In this document: one piece after another, positions 9,288 through 19,785 of the stretch
Position numbering within the stretch: the stretch's first letter is position 1
Layout: each line of letters opens with the position of its first letter
Assembly (NCBI GenBank): GCA_010093605.1
Contig: MU004185.1
Coordinates: forward strand, 2,067,334 to 2,131,333
Direction: 5' to 3'
From: Lophium mytilinum
Lineage: Eukaryota
Length of the DNA stretch: 64,000 bases
The notes under the pieces: model-generated
Databases searched by the model: none
The model's input: the letters and a program-made list of their open reading frames with translations, nothing else
What the model was told of the DNA's origin: nothing
Made by a program: the position numbers and the translations under genes

Positions 9288-12199
9288 TTACAACGCGGTC
9301 AATACCGCTTGCACGCCCACACTCCCCACATCCTCTCTCCGCATGACATACTGCCTCAACTCCATAGCCTCGTGTCCACCACCTCTCAACCTCTCCCTCA
9401 GCGCCTCGGGCCCAATGACGAACAAATTCGCGACTTCGACCAAAACATCCATCGCGCCGGGCTCCAGCTCTTCCCCAGTCGGCCACCCTCTGACTAAATC
9501 AACATAGCCATTCATATCTTTGCTAACGACCAGCCCACCCGCAAGCGAGACGCTAAACTTGCGCAGATGCTCCAGCACCGCCGACCGCAAGCCCTTCGCG
9601 AGCTCGGCAAGGAAGAGCGCGAGATTACGCCCGTCGAGCGAGGCAGTGGCTTGAGTGGCAACGCGGCTGAGGAACGTCGTGACAGTCTTGCAGGCCGGCG
9701 TTTCGGTGGACAGGGAGGTGAGGGCGTCGTCGTCGTCCTTGGGGCGGAAGTCTGTCTTTTTCTGCTGCGCGAGGCAGCGAGTCACCCACGCTAGCGCAGC
9801 GTCGAGGGTGCGATTGATAATGGTCGAGATCTTGGCTTCGAGGGTAGCGAGGCTGTTCGTAGTTGCTTTTTCGATTTCGCGGCGGATGGTGAGGTTGGGG
9901 GTTGCGAGGGGGAGGAGGACGGTCTGGGTTGAGGTTTGGAGGAGATGGAGGATAGAGATTGCGGTGCGGAGGGAGGAGAGGTAGGTTAGGTCAGGAGGAG
10001 TTTTGGTCATGGATTCCTGGGCGGCTGCATGGTCGGCGGCACTAGAAATTGGTCAGTATAGTAGCTAGAAGCAGAGCAGTTAGGACTTACGCGTCTAGAG
10101 CTGTTTCGAGATAGAGCTCGCCCATGTGTGACAAAAGAAGTGTAAGTAGAGCTTGAACGTCTTTTGGTGTTTCGTTGCCGCCACTGAGTTCAAGCCCTCT
10201 CCCTACACCTTCCGCTAACCACTTTAGCATTCTCTTAGCATTAGGTAGGCTAAGTTTGCCATCCTCATCTGTGACTTCGATATCCTTTTTCTCGCTGTCG
10301 GTGTCTTTGAGGCCAGCAATACGCATCAACATAGCTTTTTGAGAGGGTGGAAGTTCGGTTGAGTCCAAGCGGTCCATGTAGGCATCCCTTGCCGAAGAAA
10401 TGAGCTCTCGCCCTCTTTGTCCAAGTGATCCGAAATATGTTGTGGGCATTTTCCGTTTTCTGGACTTCGGTCGAGTTAGTGTTTGGTTTCATCAATCGTA
10501 ATATGTAGCTTACATGATAGATGGTAAACTTGAGGAGGAGGGATGAGTACAGCTCTTCCAAGTTTTTCTTTTCTCGTTCAATGTATGATGAGCCCACGAA
10601 GTACGGTACGAAAAGGTCATCAAGTTGCTGGTCTAGCGTGGCCGCAACTTGCGATGACACGGGCTCAGGGTGCTCCGTTAATCCATGTGATTTCAGGTCG
10701 TCGACGAGAGCGGCGATGTAACTTCTCGCGGCCTGCAACGAACGAAGAAATGCTAAAGAAGACAATTGATTTGCTTTATCAAGTACCATTTCGAGGCGTT
10801 GTTGTATCTTTTGCAGTGTTAGCAACGTTCAAGGGTTGGGCAGAGCTCACAGACTTACCGATTGTTGAAAAACTCTCTGCAAGAATCGTACTAGCACTTC
10901 GTCGTAATATGGAAATGCACGCTTGATTATAGCAGATTCTTCCTGCACGACAATTCTCACCTCGTCTACTAAGGACTGAAGGCTCGGCTCTACTCCAGGA
11001 GGTTCCGCATCAGGATCTTGGAGCCGATCCCAGCTATCAGTTGTTGTTAGTCCATATACTCAATTTCTTCGGAGTTACGGTAGCACATACGTCTCGTTGT
11101 CGCCAGCTACTTCTTCAGTGATCAGCTGACTACGATCAATGAAAAACTGATGCTGATTGACGAATAAAGCCATGACACTCGCTCCATCGCTGAAATCACG
11201 CAGAGCCACGGCGCATTCCTAGTCCATAATTGTCAGCATAATTTTGCTCGAATTCGAGGATGCATCTTACCCTCATGCCATCAAAGTTCTGCCGCCTGTA
11301 GAATTCGTCGAACTGCTTCAACAAATCTTTTTCTAAGCTCTCCAAGAACTTCTCGATGATCTCACGTGTTGGGTACCTGCTTTGGCCAGCTCCGGGCCTC
11401 TTCTTAGGTCCTTTCGCGCCATTTCCGTTCAAATGAGGTGTGCCTTCTGGGTCCAGCCTAGTACTGATCTTTAAGAGTTGTCGTGCAATATGGGCGCAGC
11501 GTACTTTGCCATCCCCACCACCTAGTCTCCTGACGTCTTCCAGAGTCGAAAGGTTTCCCTTTTCGCTCACTTCCATCCAGCACTGTATCAGGAACTTGGC
11601 ATCCTGTGCTCTTTGTCTTTGCCGGTCCAGCTCCTCGAGTCGTTCACCAATCCGTACCGCGACATTTCCCCCAGCGTCCTGGTCAGCTCCGTCGCTTATA
11701 CTGCCATTCAGCGAACTATCCAGCCGCTGAAAGTTGTCTATGGCCTGCTCGAGTTTCCTCCCTAGCGAGTCTACATTTTGGTTGTGCTGGGCTTCGGCGC
11801 GACGCACGGCGCCAGAGAGCTCGTTCTCATGGGATTCAAGTTCTTCAGAGAGGGAGCCGAGGCGGGAGAGAGCGTGTTCGAAGGTTCGTATGAGAGGCTT
11901 GGGGTCGAAAGCAGCTATGAACTGTTAGAAGGGATGATCGACAAATGGCGTAAGAGTCGCACCCTGCTGATTTCCAGGGCCAGAGCCTCGCCTGGCAGGT
12001 ATTGCGCTATCGGAGAGTGCTTCTATGAAGTCTTTGACTATGTAGTCTTTGCTCTATTCATGTATAAGCAATTGATTGCGCGGTACGGTGAAAGGTGACT
12101 GACAGTAAAGGTGTCCAGCGAAAACACAGGCCCTCTGACGGAGCCAGATCTCGTCGTCGTAGAATATATCGAGGCATTGTCTGCCGCGGTTGCGGGCAT
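9288..12199 (-). CDS. SEC10: Exocyst complex component Sec10 (EXOC5), multi-exon
   Basis: MPATAADNAS...FSLDTFT/NKDYIVKDFIEAL...FDPKPLIRTFEHAL...IGERLEELDRQRQRAQDAKFLIQCW...QQKKTDFRPKDDD...LDGRNLALFLAELAKGLRSAVLEHLRKFSVSLAGGLVVSKDMNGY. Confidence 0.9.
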
Positions 12200-12961
12200 C
12201 GTTGCTTCTCACGAAGGTGGCATTGGATGTTGATGCGGGGGAGGGGTTTGAGGGTAACGTCTCCTGTCTGCAGGCGATGAGGCTTAATAGTTACAGGTGC
12301 TACAGAAGTAAGGATCAGCGAGGGTAACAACAAGTCTTAAACCGGCGTCAGTGCTATTTTCTATACTGAAGCTGTTCGGAGCTTCGACGCCGTCGCATCA
12401 AAGGTCGAGGTAAAGTGAACACGCACTATGCCCAATTCAGAACATAGCTATAGATTGTTCGAGGAGGCTCTTGATTTTCGGGGCATTCTTTGATATATTA
12501 GCTTGTAGAAGCTCTTCAGTCTAGATTTAAATGATGGGGGTATTGAATGTAGCTATATTGCTAGAGATCCTGCACCAATTGGTACACAGAGAGACGATCA
12601 ACATCATCGCCGCAAGCCGCCACGCAGCCTCGTCGCAACCAGAGTCGCCCTTATTAGTTGTCGCCGGCGGAGAGCGCATTGATCGTTCCCCAACGTTCGC
12701 GATGACCTTGGATGCTCTGGCTGTAGCTTACCTGGCCTTTGGGGCTGTGGGCAGTGGCAATGGCTCTTGCATCGCCGTGCATCTCCCATGGCACCGACTC
12801 CACACCCAGACATGAACCTCATCCGCCCCGGACGGAGCTTCTGATCCATCTCCGCCTTTCCCCAGCCCTTCGCTCAGCTGCTTTTACTCTCGTGTATACT
12901 ACCTAGCCAGTCTTTCCCACCGCGTCACACAATTGTGTGTTGCTCTCGTACTGCCTGCACA

Positions 12962-14136
12962 ATGGCTATCAATATCGACCCTCGCGAACGACGAGCATTC
13001 CACCACGACACGAACGAGAACAATCAGCAGCTCACCGCCGAGGAGCGCGAGAGGTTGCTACAACCGTATCTACCGAAACCCCCCTCAGACCCGACCTCGC
13101 CCGCAGACCCGCCAGACCGCAATGCGCGAAAAGCATCTAAGAGCGTCCGCAAGCATAAGTCGATACGCAGCTTTCTGGGCAACCAGATCCACGCGCTCGT
13201 GTTCCTCATTACACAAACCATATTCTCCGTCTGGTTCAGATTCCGGCGAGCGTACCATGCTGTCGTCCACCGCGTCCATGCCCTCTATCATTACCACCAC
13301 CGAACGCCCGAGTACATCAAGAAAGACGTTGCGAAGCTTGACAGAAAGCCGGAGCACGTCAGCGTCATTCTAGACCTCAATGAGAGTGATGATGATCAGG
13401 GCAACTCTGGGCTGGAAGGACTCGTGCACGATGTATGCGAGATTACAGCCTGGACTGTTAGTGCTGGCATTCCAATGCTGAGCGTCTACGAACAATCAGG
13501 TCAGTATTACGCCGCACCCCCTCGCCCAACCGCGCACTATGCTGACACTAGAGTAGGAATTCTCAAGAATTACATGCCGCAGCTTCACTCAGCCATCATG
13601 CTGACTCTGGGGTCCTACTTCGGGGAAGACCGCAAACCTATCCTCACCCTCCGCGCACCACTCATACAGGCCTTTAGCCCTCCAGCAACGCCTCCAAACG
13701 GAAACTCCCGTCCTTCCAGCCCTGATAACCCAGAGCCACTGCGAATCACAGTGCTGTTGTTGAGCCACACAGACGGCCGCGATACAATGGTCGACCTGAC
13801 GAAGACGTTAGCCGACATGGCACAGAAGAAAACTATAGATCCTGAGGACATTACCACTGATCTGATAAACTCGGAGCTCAGGGACGCGGTATCAGGAGAG
13901 CCAGAGCTGCTCATCTTGTTCTCGCCGCACGTGGTGCTGAAAGGCTATCCGCCATGGCAAGTACGGTTGACGGAGATATTGTAAGTTCTTTTGAATCCTT
14001 GGACCGCTTATGATTAAGAACATCACTAACTCAGCTGCTTTTTAGCCATGTGCCTGATAACGTCGGCGTGAACTACCAGGTGTTCCTTCGTGCACTATAT
14101 AACTACGCAAAAGTGGAAATGCGGTTCGGGCGGTAA
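12962..14136 (+). CDS. NUS1: Dehydrodolichyl diphosphate synthase subunit Nus1 (cis-prenyltransferase-like)
   Basis: KPEHVSVIL, ITAWTVSAGIPMLSVYE, LLSHTDGRDTMVDLTK, EPELLILF...LKGYPPWQVRLTEI and a C-terminal RFGR (RxG motif). Introns at ~13500-13556 and ~13981-14045. Confidence 0.92.
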
Positions 14137-14980
14137 TACTCCAACTGAAATACATAGCCATCGTCTCTCCTACACATACACACAACGGAAACTTATAGAA
14201 CAGCTGACTAAGCCTCATCGAAATAAAATAATACATCTAGCACCAAGACATGAGTCCGTTCATATCTGTACTCCATTGTCTAGGGTCCTCTAGTGGAAAC
14301 CACAACTCGCACTATACCAATCCGCATCTTGTGCTTCATGTTATCGAACCCAATACTAACTTGAGGTGCTCATTGTAGTCGCAAAATGATTATGCAGGCA
14401 ATTTTTGCGATCAGCAGAAAATGCACACTGAACAAAGCTACGCCGGGTCTTAGTGTGGCTGTCGATGGGGCTGCGGAAGAGATCGTTCAACCACACATGC
14501 CAGCCCCGGTACTCGATTATGCGGATACTAGTATGCAGAGGCCAGATTGGGACCTGGACACGATTGTTGAGGATGAGAGTGGCGAGGAGCGTGCTGAGGG
14601 TGGGTCTTGAGAGCTCAGGGTCTGAGAGCTTGGAGTTCTTTGATGATCTCCTTTATCGGTCAGAGAATGAACATTTCTCGCTACTTTTGATATGAAGATG
14701 TACTAGAGCAGACATCACGGTGTAGCTCAATGGTTCGAACCCAGCCCTGAAGCCGCTGAGAGCTCCATGGCTTTATAAAGATTGAATTACCCTGATAAGC
14801 CTTGAGGATCGAAGCTCTTCATAATGCATTTCGTTCAAGAGGAGAAAACATTCCTACCAAAGAGCATAGCCAATCAAACCGTCTTCGAACCTCTAAGTTT
14901 CGCGCCTCTAGTCACATGATGTCTCTCGATCGAATATGGCCTAGCGTAATCGATACTAGCGCATCTTCATCTTTACAAAT

Positions 14981-17832
14981 GGACGAGTCTAATTATCACC
15001 CCCCTTTTTACTACGTATTACCCCCCTTTTCACTCTATATCACCCCCCCTACTTTTAACTAGCTCCGGGCCCGTATTTACATTATTCTACTAATTAAACT
15101 TACTTGTTTAACTTTATAGAAGGCTGCGTAAAATAGTAAGTATGCATTATAAAATAGAAAGGCTGCAGTATACTAGCTATTAGAAGTCTATTTACTCTAT
15201 CTATTAAAGCTAGTCTAGAAGCGGAAGGCGCCTAGATAGCTACTATCTAATTACTAGCTAAAAGGAATACTAACTAGGCCTATATACTATAGCCTTACGC
15301 CTAAATATTCTCTAGTTTCTTTACTACGGGCAGCTTCTTTCTCTAGTGTAGATATAGGGGCATTCTTAGGGCCTAGTTAGCTATTAGGGACTAAGGAAAT
15401 TAAGCCCTAAGTAGCTATTAGAGTGCCTGCCTATTTAGTAGAGTAATTTAGCGCTGTATTTATAAACTATATAGAATTATTTAATACCTAGATAGTCCGC
15501 TTAACCCCCGGTGTACCCGTAGAGACGCCTATTATAGTAATTTAGCTACCCTGTATCCTAATCTATATTAATTAAGTTAATTTCTATCTACTTATAATAC
15601 TTACTACTTATTCTATATAAGTAGTAGCCTTTTAAGCTTACTAAAGATACAACGTTTCCCTATATAATTCTAGCTCTCTACTATATTATCGCGCGCGCTA
15701 AGCTATACTTACTAGGTCCTATTAAGTGTTGTATTTAAATTAAGATAGATTACGCCGAGTTATATTTACAGGCGTATAAATATAGCTATAGCTACAGCCA
15801 CGCGTAGTTTAATAAAGTATAGTAGAGCCTATTAGCCGCCCTTTACGGTGTAGTATAATAGCCGGAGCCTTAATAAGAAGGAGAGAATCTATAGATAGGT
15901 CTACCTTATTTAGAATAGGCTGCTTAAACTACTAGTACTAATAAATATTCTCTAGAATAACTATATATATAGAGGTTATAGTAGTATATAGTTTTTAGTA
16001 TATTTTATAATAGTATAGCATGCTATATATCCCCCTAAATATTCTATTATATACCGGGTTAAAATTATTAGCTTTTACCTTCTTAATCTAGCTAGTAAGT
16101 AGCCTTAGGCCCTGCTTAGTAACCTTCTAAAGAACCTTATTAAACTTAAGAATCTAAACAACGTGCTATAGAGCTCTATGCTAGCGGCTAAGCTTATTCT
16201 TTAGCTCTATACTCTAGCGGTAAATATATTAAGAGAGAAGGGTGATAATATTATAGAGGTCGCTAGTTAAGATCTAAAGATAGGACTTAATGCTGCCGTT
16301 TAAGCCCTCTAGACGTAAGGTTGTAGTATTTCTAAAGTATAGTAGAAGAGTAGTATAGTACTTAGTAATCTACTATTAAAAAGGCTACTACTCTTTAGTA
16401 AGGTAATTAACTAGGTCTTATTTATATATATAGTCTTCTTCTATCTTCTTCTAGGCAGCTTTAAACGCGAGCCTTATAGGTTTTATAAGGTAGAAATTAA
16501 ACTTATTAATAAACTTCTTTCTATCTCTCTAAATAGCTTCTACCTTAGCTACTATTAAATCTTAAGAGGCACGTGCTAGAGCCTATATATTAATAGCGTT
16601 AGTTGCTTTCTACTTATCTACCTTCTAAACGGCTATAGCCTTGCTAGCGATATTCTTTTGCATGTACTATTTACACAGAATTTAAGAAATAGTAGAAAAG
16701 AACTTAGCTAGCGTATTCTTAAGTATAAGCTCTTTATCTATAATAAAAACGCCTAGTAAAACTCCTAGGCGCTAGCATATTAGGTAAAGCTATTATACTA
16801 TAAAGATATAGTCCTCCTCTTCTTCTTCTAGAAGAAAATAATAGCTAAGCTTATAGTTCTTGCCCTAATTATTAACGCTATTAATATAGAGGAGCGGCAT
16901 CTTAAAGCGATTAGTTTTGTAGATATAATTAAGAAGAATAATATCTAGATAGTATTAAAATATCTTAATACTCTAAGAATATATAAAGTATAAGTACTTA
17001 ACCCGGTTTACTTTATCTAGCTTATATTTATAGTAGTAATAAGCGTCCGGATTATTACTACTATATTCCTTAAGCACCTTAAGTATAGCCTAAGTTAGAG
17101 TAAGGCCCTAGAGCTTTATTTTCTTCTACTATACGCGCTTATTATAGAGGTTCTTTATAGTTACATCTTTACCCTTAGCTAAAAGGTTATTAAAGATAGC
17201 TCCTATAGGCGTGCCTCCGTTAAGCTAGTTATAGATAGTTTAGACAGTTTCCTTATTAAGATCTTAATGCGCAGCTAGAGTTCTATTCTTAGTATTGTAC
17301 GCCTTATAATTATAAGCTAAAACCTTAACCTTAAAGAGCTAATTACCTTATAGTAGGTCTCTTATAAAGGCCCCTTTTATAAGGTAATTAAACTTCTTTA
17401 AATAGGTTAGGCGCTTTCTATTAGCTAGCTTATATTCTCCTGCGCATTTGCATTAAACTATTACCTTGCGCACCTAGGGGGGCATGCGCTTATCTATTTT
17501 TTTATTATATTTAATAATTATATAGCCTTTCTACTTTACCTATATATTAATAGACTTTATACCTTCCTCTATAGAGGTGTAGAGGCCCTAGGGGGGCAGC
17601 TATAGGGGTATAGTAATAAAGTAATAAAGTAGAGGAAGTAGTATTAATATATTAAGAGAGAGAATATATAGGTAATTAAATTTAAATTAAGTATAAGAGG
17701 GCTAAGCAAGTAAGTTTAATTAGTGGAATAATATAAATACAGGCCCGGAGCTAGTTAAAAGTAGGGGGGGTAATATAGAGTGAAAAGGGGGGTGATACGT
17801 AGTAAAAAGGGGGGTGATAATTAGACTCGTCC
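14981..17832 (-). mobile_element. Full-length Mutator (MULE) DNA transposon, RIP-inactivated; ~130-bp TIRs, 8-bp TSD TTACAAAT
   Basis: TIRs GGACGAGTCTAATTATCACCCCCC... at 14981-15112 and 17701-17832; TTACAAAT at 14973-14980 and 17833-17840. The minus strand encodes decayed IILLNYIYKTNRFKMPLL, LCK*YMQKN and TTLRLEGLNGSIK MULE transposase motifs. Very AT/TpA-rich with many stops. Confidence 0.93.
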
Positions 17833-18027
17833 TTACAAATTGCTGATCAAGAACATATCAGCTAGCCTGTGATTGGTGCGCCGACCGCGGGGCGCTTTCC
17901 GCATTATCAAATGTTCATGATTCCTTATACAGCGCCTTATAATGCATCTTCTCTGCCCTCCCTACGTTCTTCTCGCACCTTCTCGCCACACTCTCCTCCT
18001 CGACTATAAAAGCCGCCACCCCGATCC

Positions 18028-19140
18028 ATGAAATTGATTCTTTCTATCCTCGTGTGCATCGCCGCAATCGCAGTCTACCATCAAGACTACATGCTCTCTC
18101 GCCTCTCACAGCTCACAAGAACAATTACACCTACAAAAGCAACTTCACAACTCACGAAATCAGCCGCAATGTCTTCCTCTACTACCTTCGCCGGCCTCCC
18201 AGTCATCCCTCCTACAGACGAACCTCTCACAACAATAAACCCCCGCAAAATCGCAAAGACCTTCCTCGCCATCGAGCAATCCGAAGGCGCAGGCGCTCGC
18301 GTCCGCCGTTCAATTGGCACACCACGCCTGCGCAACTTCTCCCCCTTCCTGATGCTCGACCACTTCGCTATACCCCCGGGGGCCGGATTCCCCGACCACC
18401 CCCACCGCGGGCAAGAAACAATCACCTACCTCCTCGACGGCGCGGTCGACCACGAAGACTTCGCCGGCAACAAAGGCACAATCGAGAAGGGCGATCTGCA
18501 ATTCATGACGGCCGGCCGCGGCATCGTGCACGCGGAGATGCCGCGCCAGAACGTAGACGGCGCGCCGAATGTCGGGATGCAGCTGTGGGTCGACCTGCCC
18601 AAGGCGCTGAAGTTCTGTGAGCCGCGGTATCGCGATCTCAGGGCGAAGGAGATCCCGGAGGTCAATGTGCAAGATGGGAAGGTTAAAGTCAAGGTTATCT
18701 CTGGACGCAGTTACGGCACCGACAGCGTGAAGGAGCTCGCGTATACCCCGGTTTGGTTGCTGGACTTTACGGTGCAACCTGGTGGCAAGGTGGAGCAGGC
18801 GCTGCCGAAAGGGTGGAATGCGTTCGCGTATACGCTCTCCGGGAACACGATTTTCAATTCTGGGAACGAGTCGAGGCCGGTGGAGCAGTATCATAATGTT
18901 GTTTTCGAACAGGGTGGGGACAGCATCACTGCCAGCGTCGAGGAGGGCGCGGAGACTGAGTCGCGGTTCATCCTCGTGGCTGGGCTCCCGCTCGATCAGC
19001 CGGTTGTGCAATACGGACCGTTTGTCCTGACCAGCAGAGACGAGGTCATGCAAGCGATGATGGATTATCAAGGGTTCTCGAATGGATTCGAGAGAGCGCA
19101 AGATTGGGAAAGCGAGATTGGGAAGACGATGGTTCATTAG
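18028..19140 (+). CDS. Pirin-family bicupin; alternative start at 18169
   Basis: PFLMLDHF, GFPDHPHRGQETITYLL, HEDFAGNKG, GDLQFMTAGRGIVHAEMP, QLWVDLP, QPVVQYGPFV; intronless. Confidence 0.93.
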   Translation: MKLILSILVCIAAIAVYHQDYMLSRLSQLTRTITPTKATSQLTKSAAMSSSTTFAGLPVIPPTDEPLTTINPRKIAKTFLAIEQSEGAGARVRRSIGTPRLRNFSPFLMLDHFAIPPGAGFPDHPHRGQETITYLLDGAVDHEDFAGNKGTIEKGDLQFMTAGRGIVHAEMPRQNVDGAPNVGMQLWVDLPKALKFCEPRYRDLRAKEIPEVNVQDGKVKVKVISGRSYGTDSVKELAYTPVWLLDFTVQPGGKVEQALPKGWNAFAYTLSGNTIFNSGNESRPVEQYHNVVFEQGGDSITASVEEGAETESRFILVAGLPLDQPVVQYGPFVLTSRDEVMQAMMDYQGFSNGFERAQDWESEIGKTMVH

Positions 19141-19315
19141 GGAATGGGAACTGTAAAAATGTACTTTGAGCTTTCCTTATTGTAAATATGGGCTCTTCAC
19201 GGCGAAATGAGTAATATGTTCGAGTACGATACCAGTTGATAGACAAAACTATGATTACAACCTTAGATTTAACTTCTTTCTCACATCCTGATTCACAAGC
19301 AATGCCAATAACATC

Positions 19316-19599
19316 CCAAAATCGACTCCAAATCGCACGGACTGGCCCCACTTTATACATCTCAGTGCACTATAATATATCCTAAATCTTTGGTCCGATA
19401 TAAAGGCTACGCCAATAGTATACCAAAATCGACTTCAGATCGCACGGACTGGCTCCACTTCATACATCTCGGTGCACTGTAACTTACCTCAAGTCTAAGG
19501 TCCAATTTGAAGGCTATGACAACAGTATGCCAAAATCGACTTCAAATTGCACGGACTGGCTTCACTTTATACATCTCAGTGCACCGTAACTCACCTCAA
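19316..19599. repeat. 107-bp period degenerate tandem repeat, ~2.7 copies
   Basis: CCAAAATCGACTYCARATYGCACGGACTGGCYYCACTTYATACATCTCRGTGCAC begins at 19316, 19423 and 19530. Confidence 0.9.
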
Positions 19600-19785
19600 T
19601 ACGGCGCCCTGATTTCAAGAGCGATGAATTTAACATGCAAAAAGAGTATCATTAACACATTTCTTCATCCCATGTCTATTTCTATGTAGACTACTATCCC
19701 ATCCATAATCATCCATCATCAATATCCAGCGTCCGCAACTCCACAGCGCCCCCTTCCAACTCTCATATACCATTTCCCACGACCT

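Noticed and set aside
19316..19599. CRISPR-like repeat/spacer reading of the 107-bp array (also the 184-bp and 17-bp arrays)
   Set aside because: Eukaryotic context, no cas genes, and the apparent spacers are homologous to each other, so these are tandem repeats.
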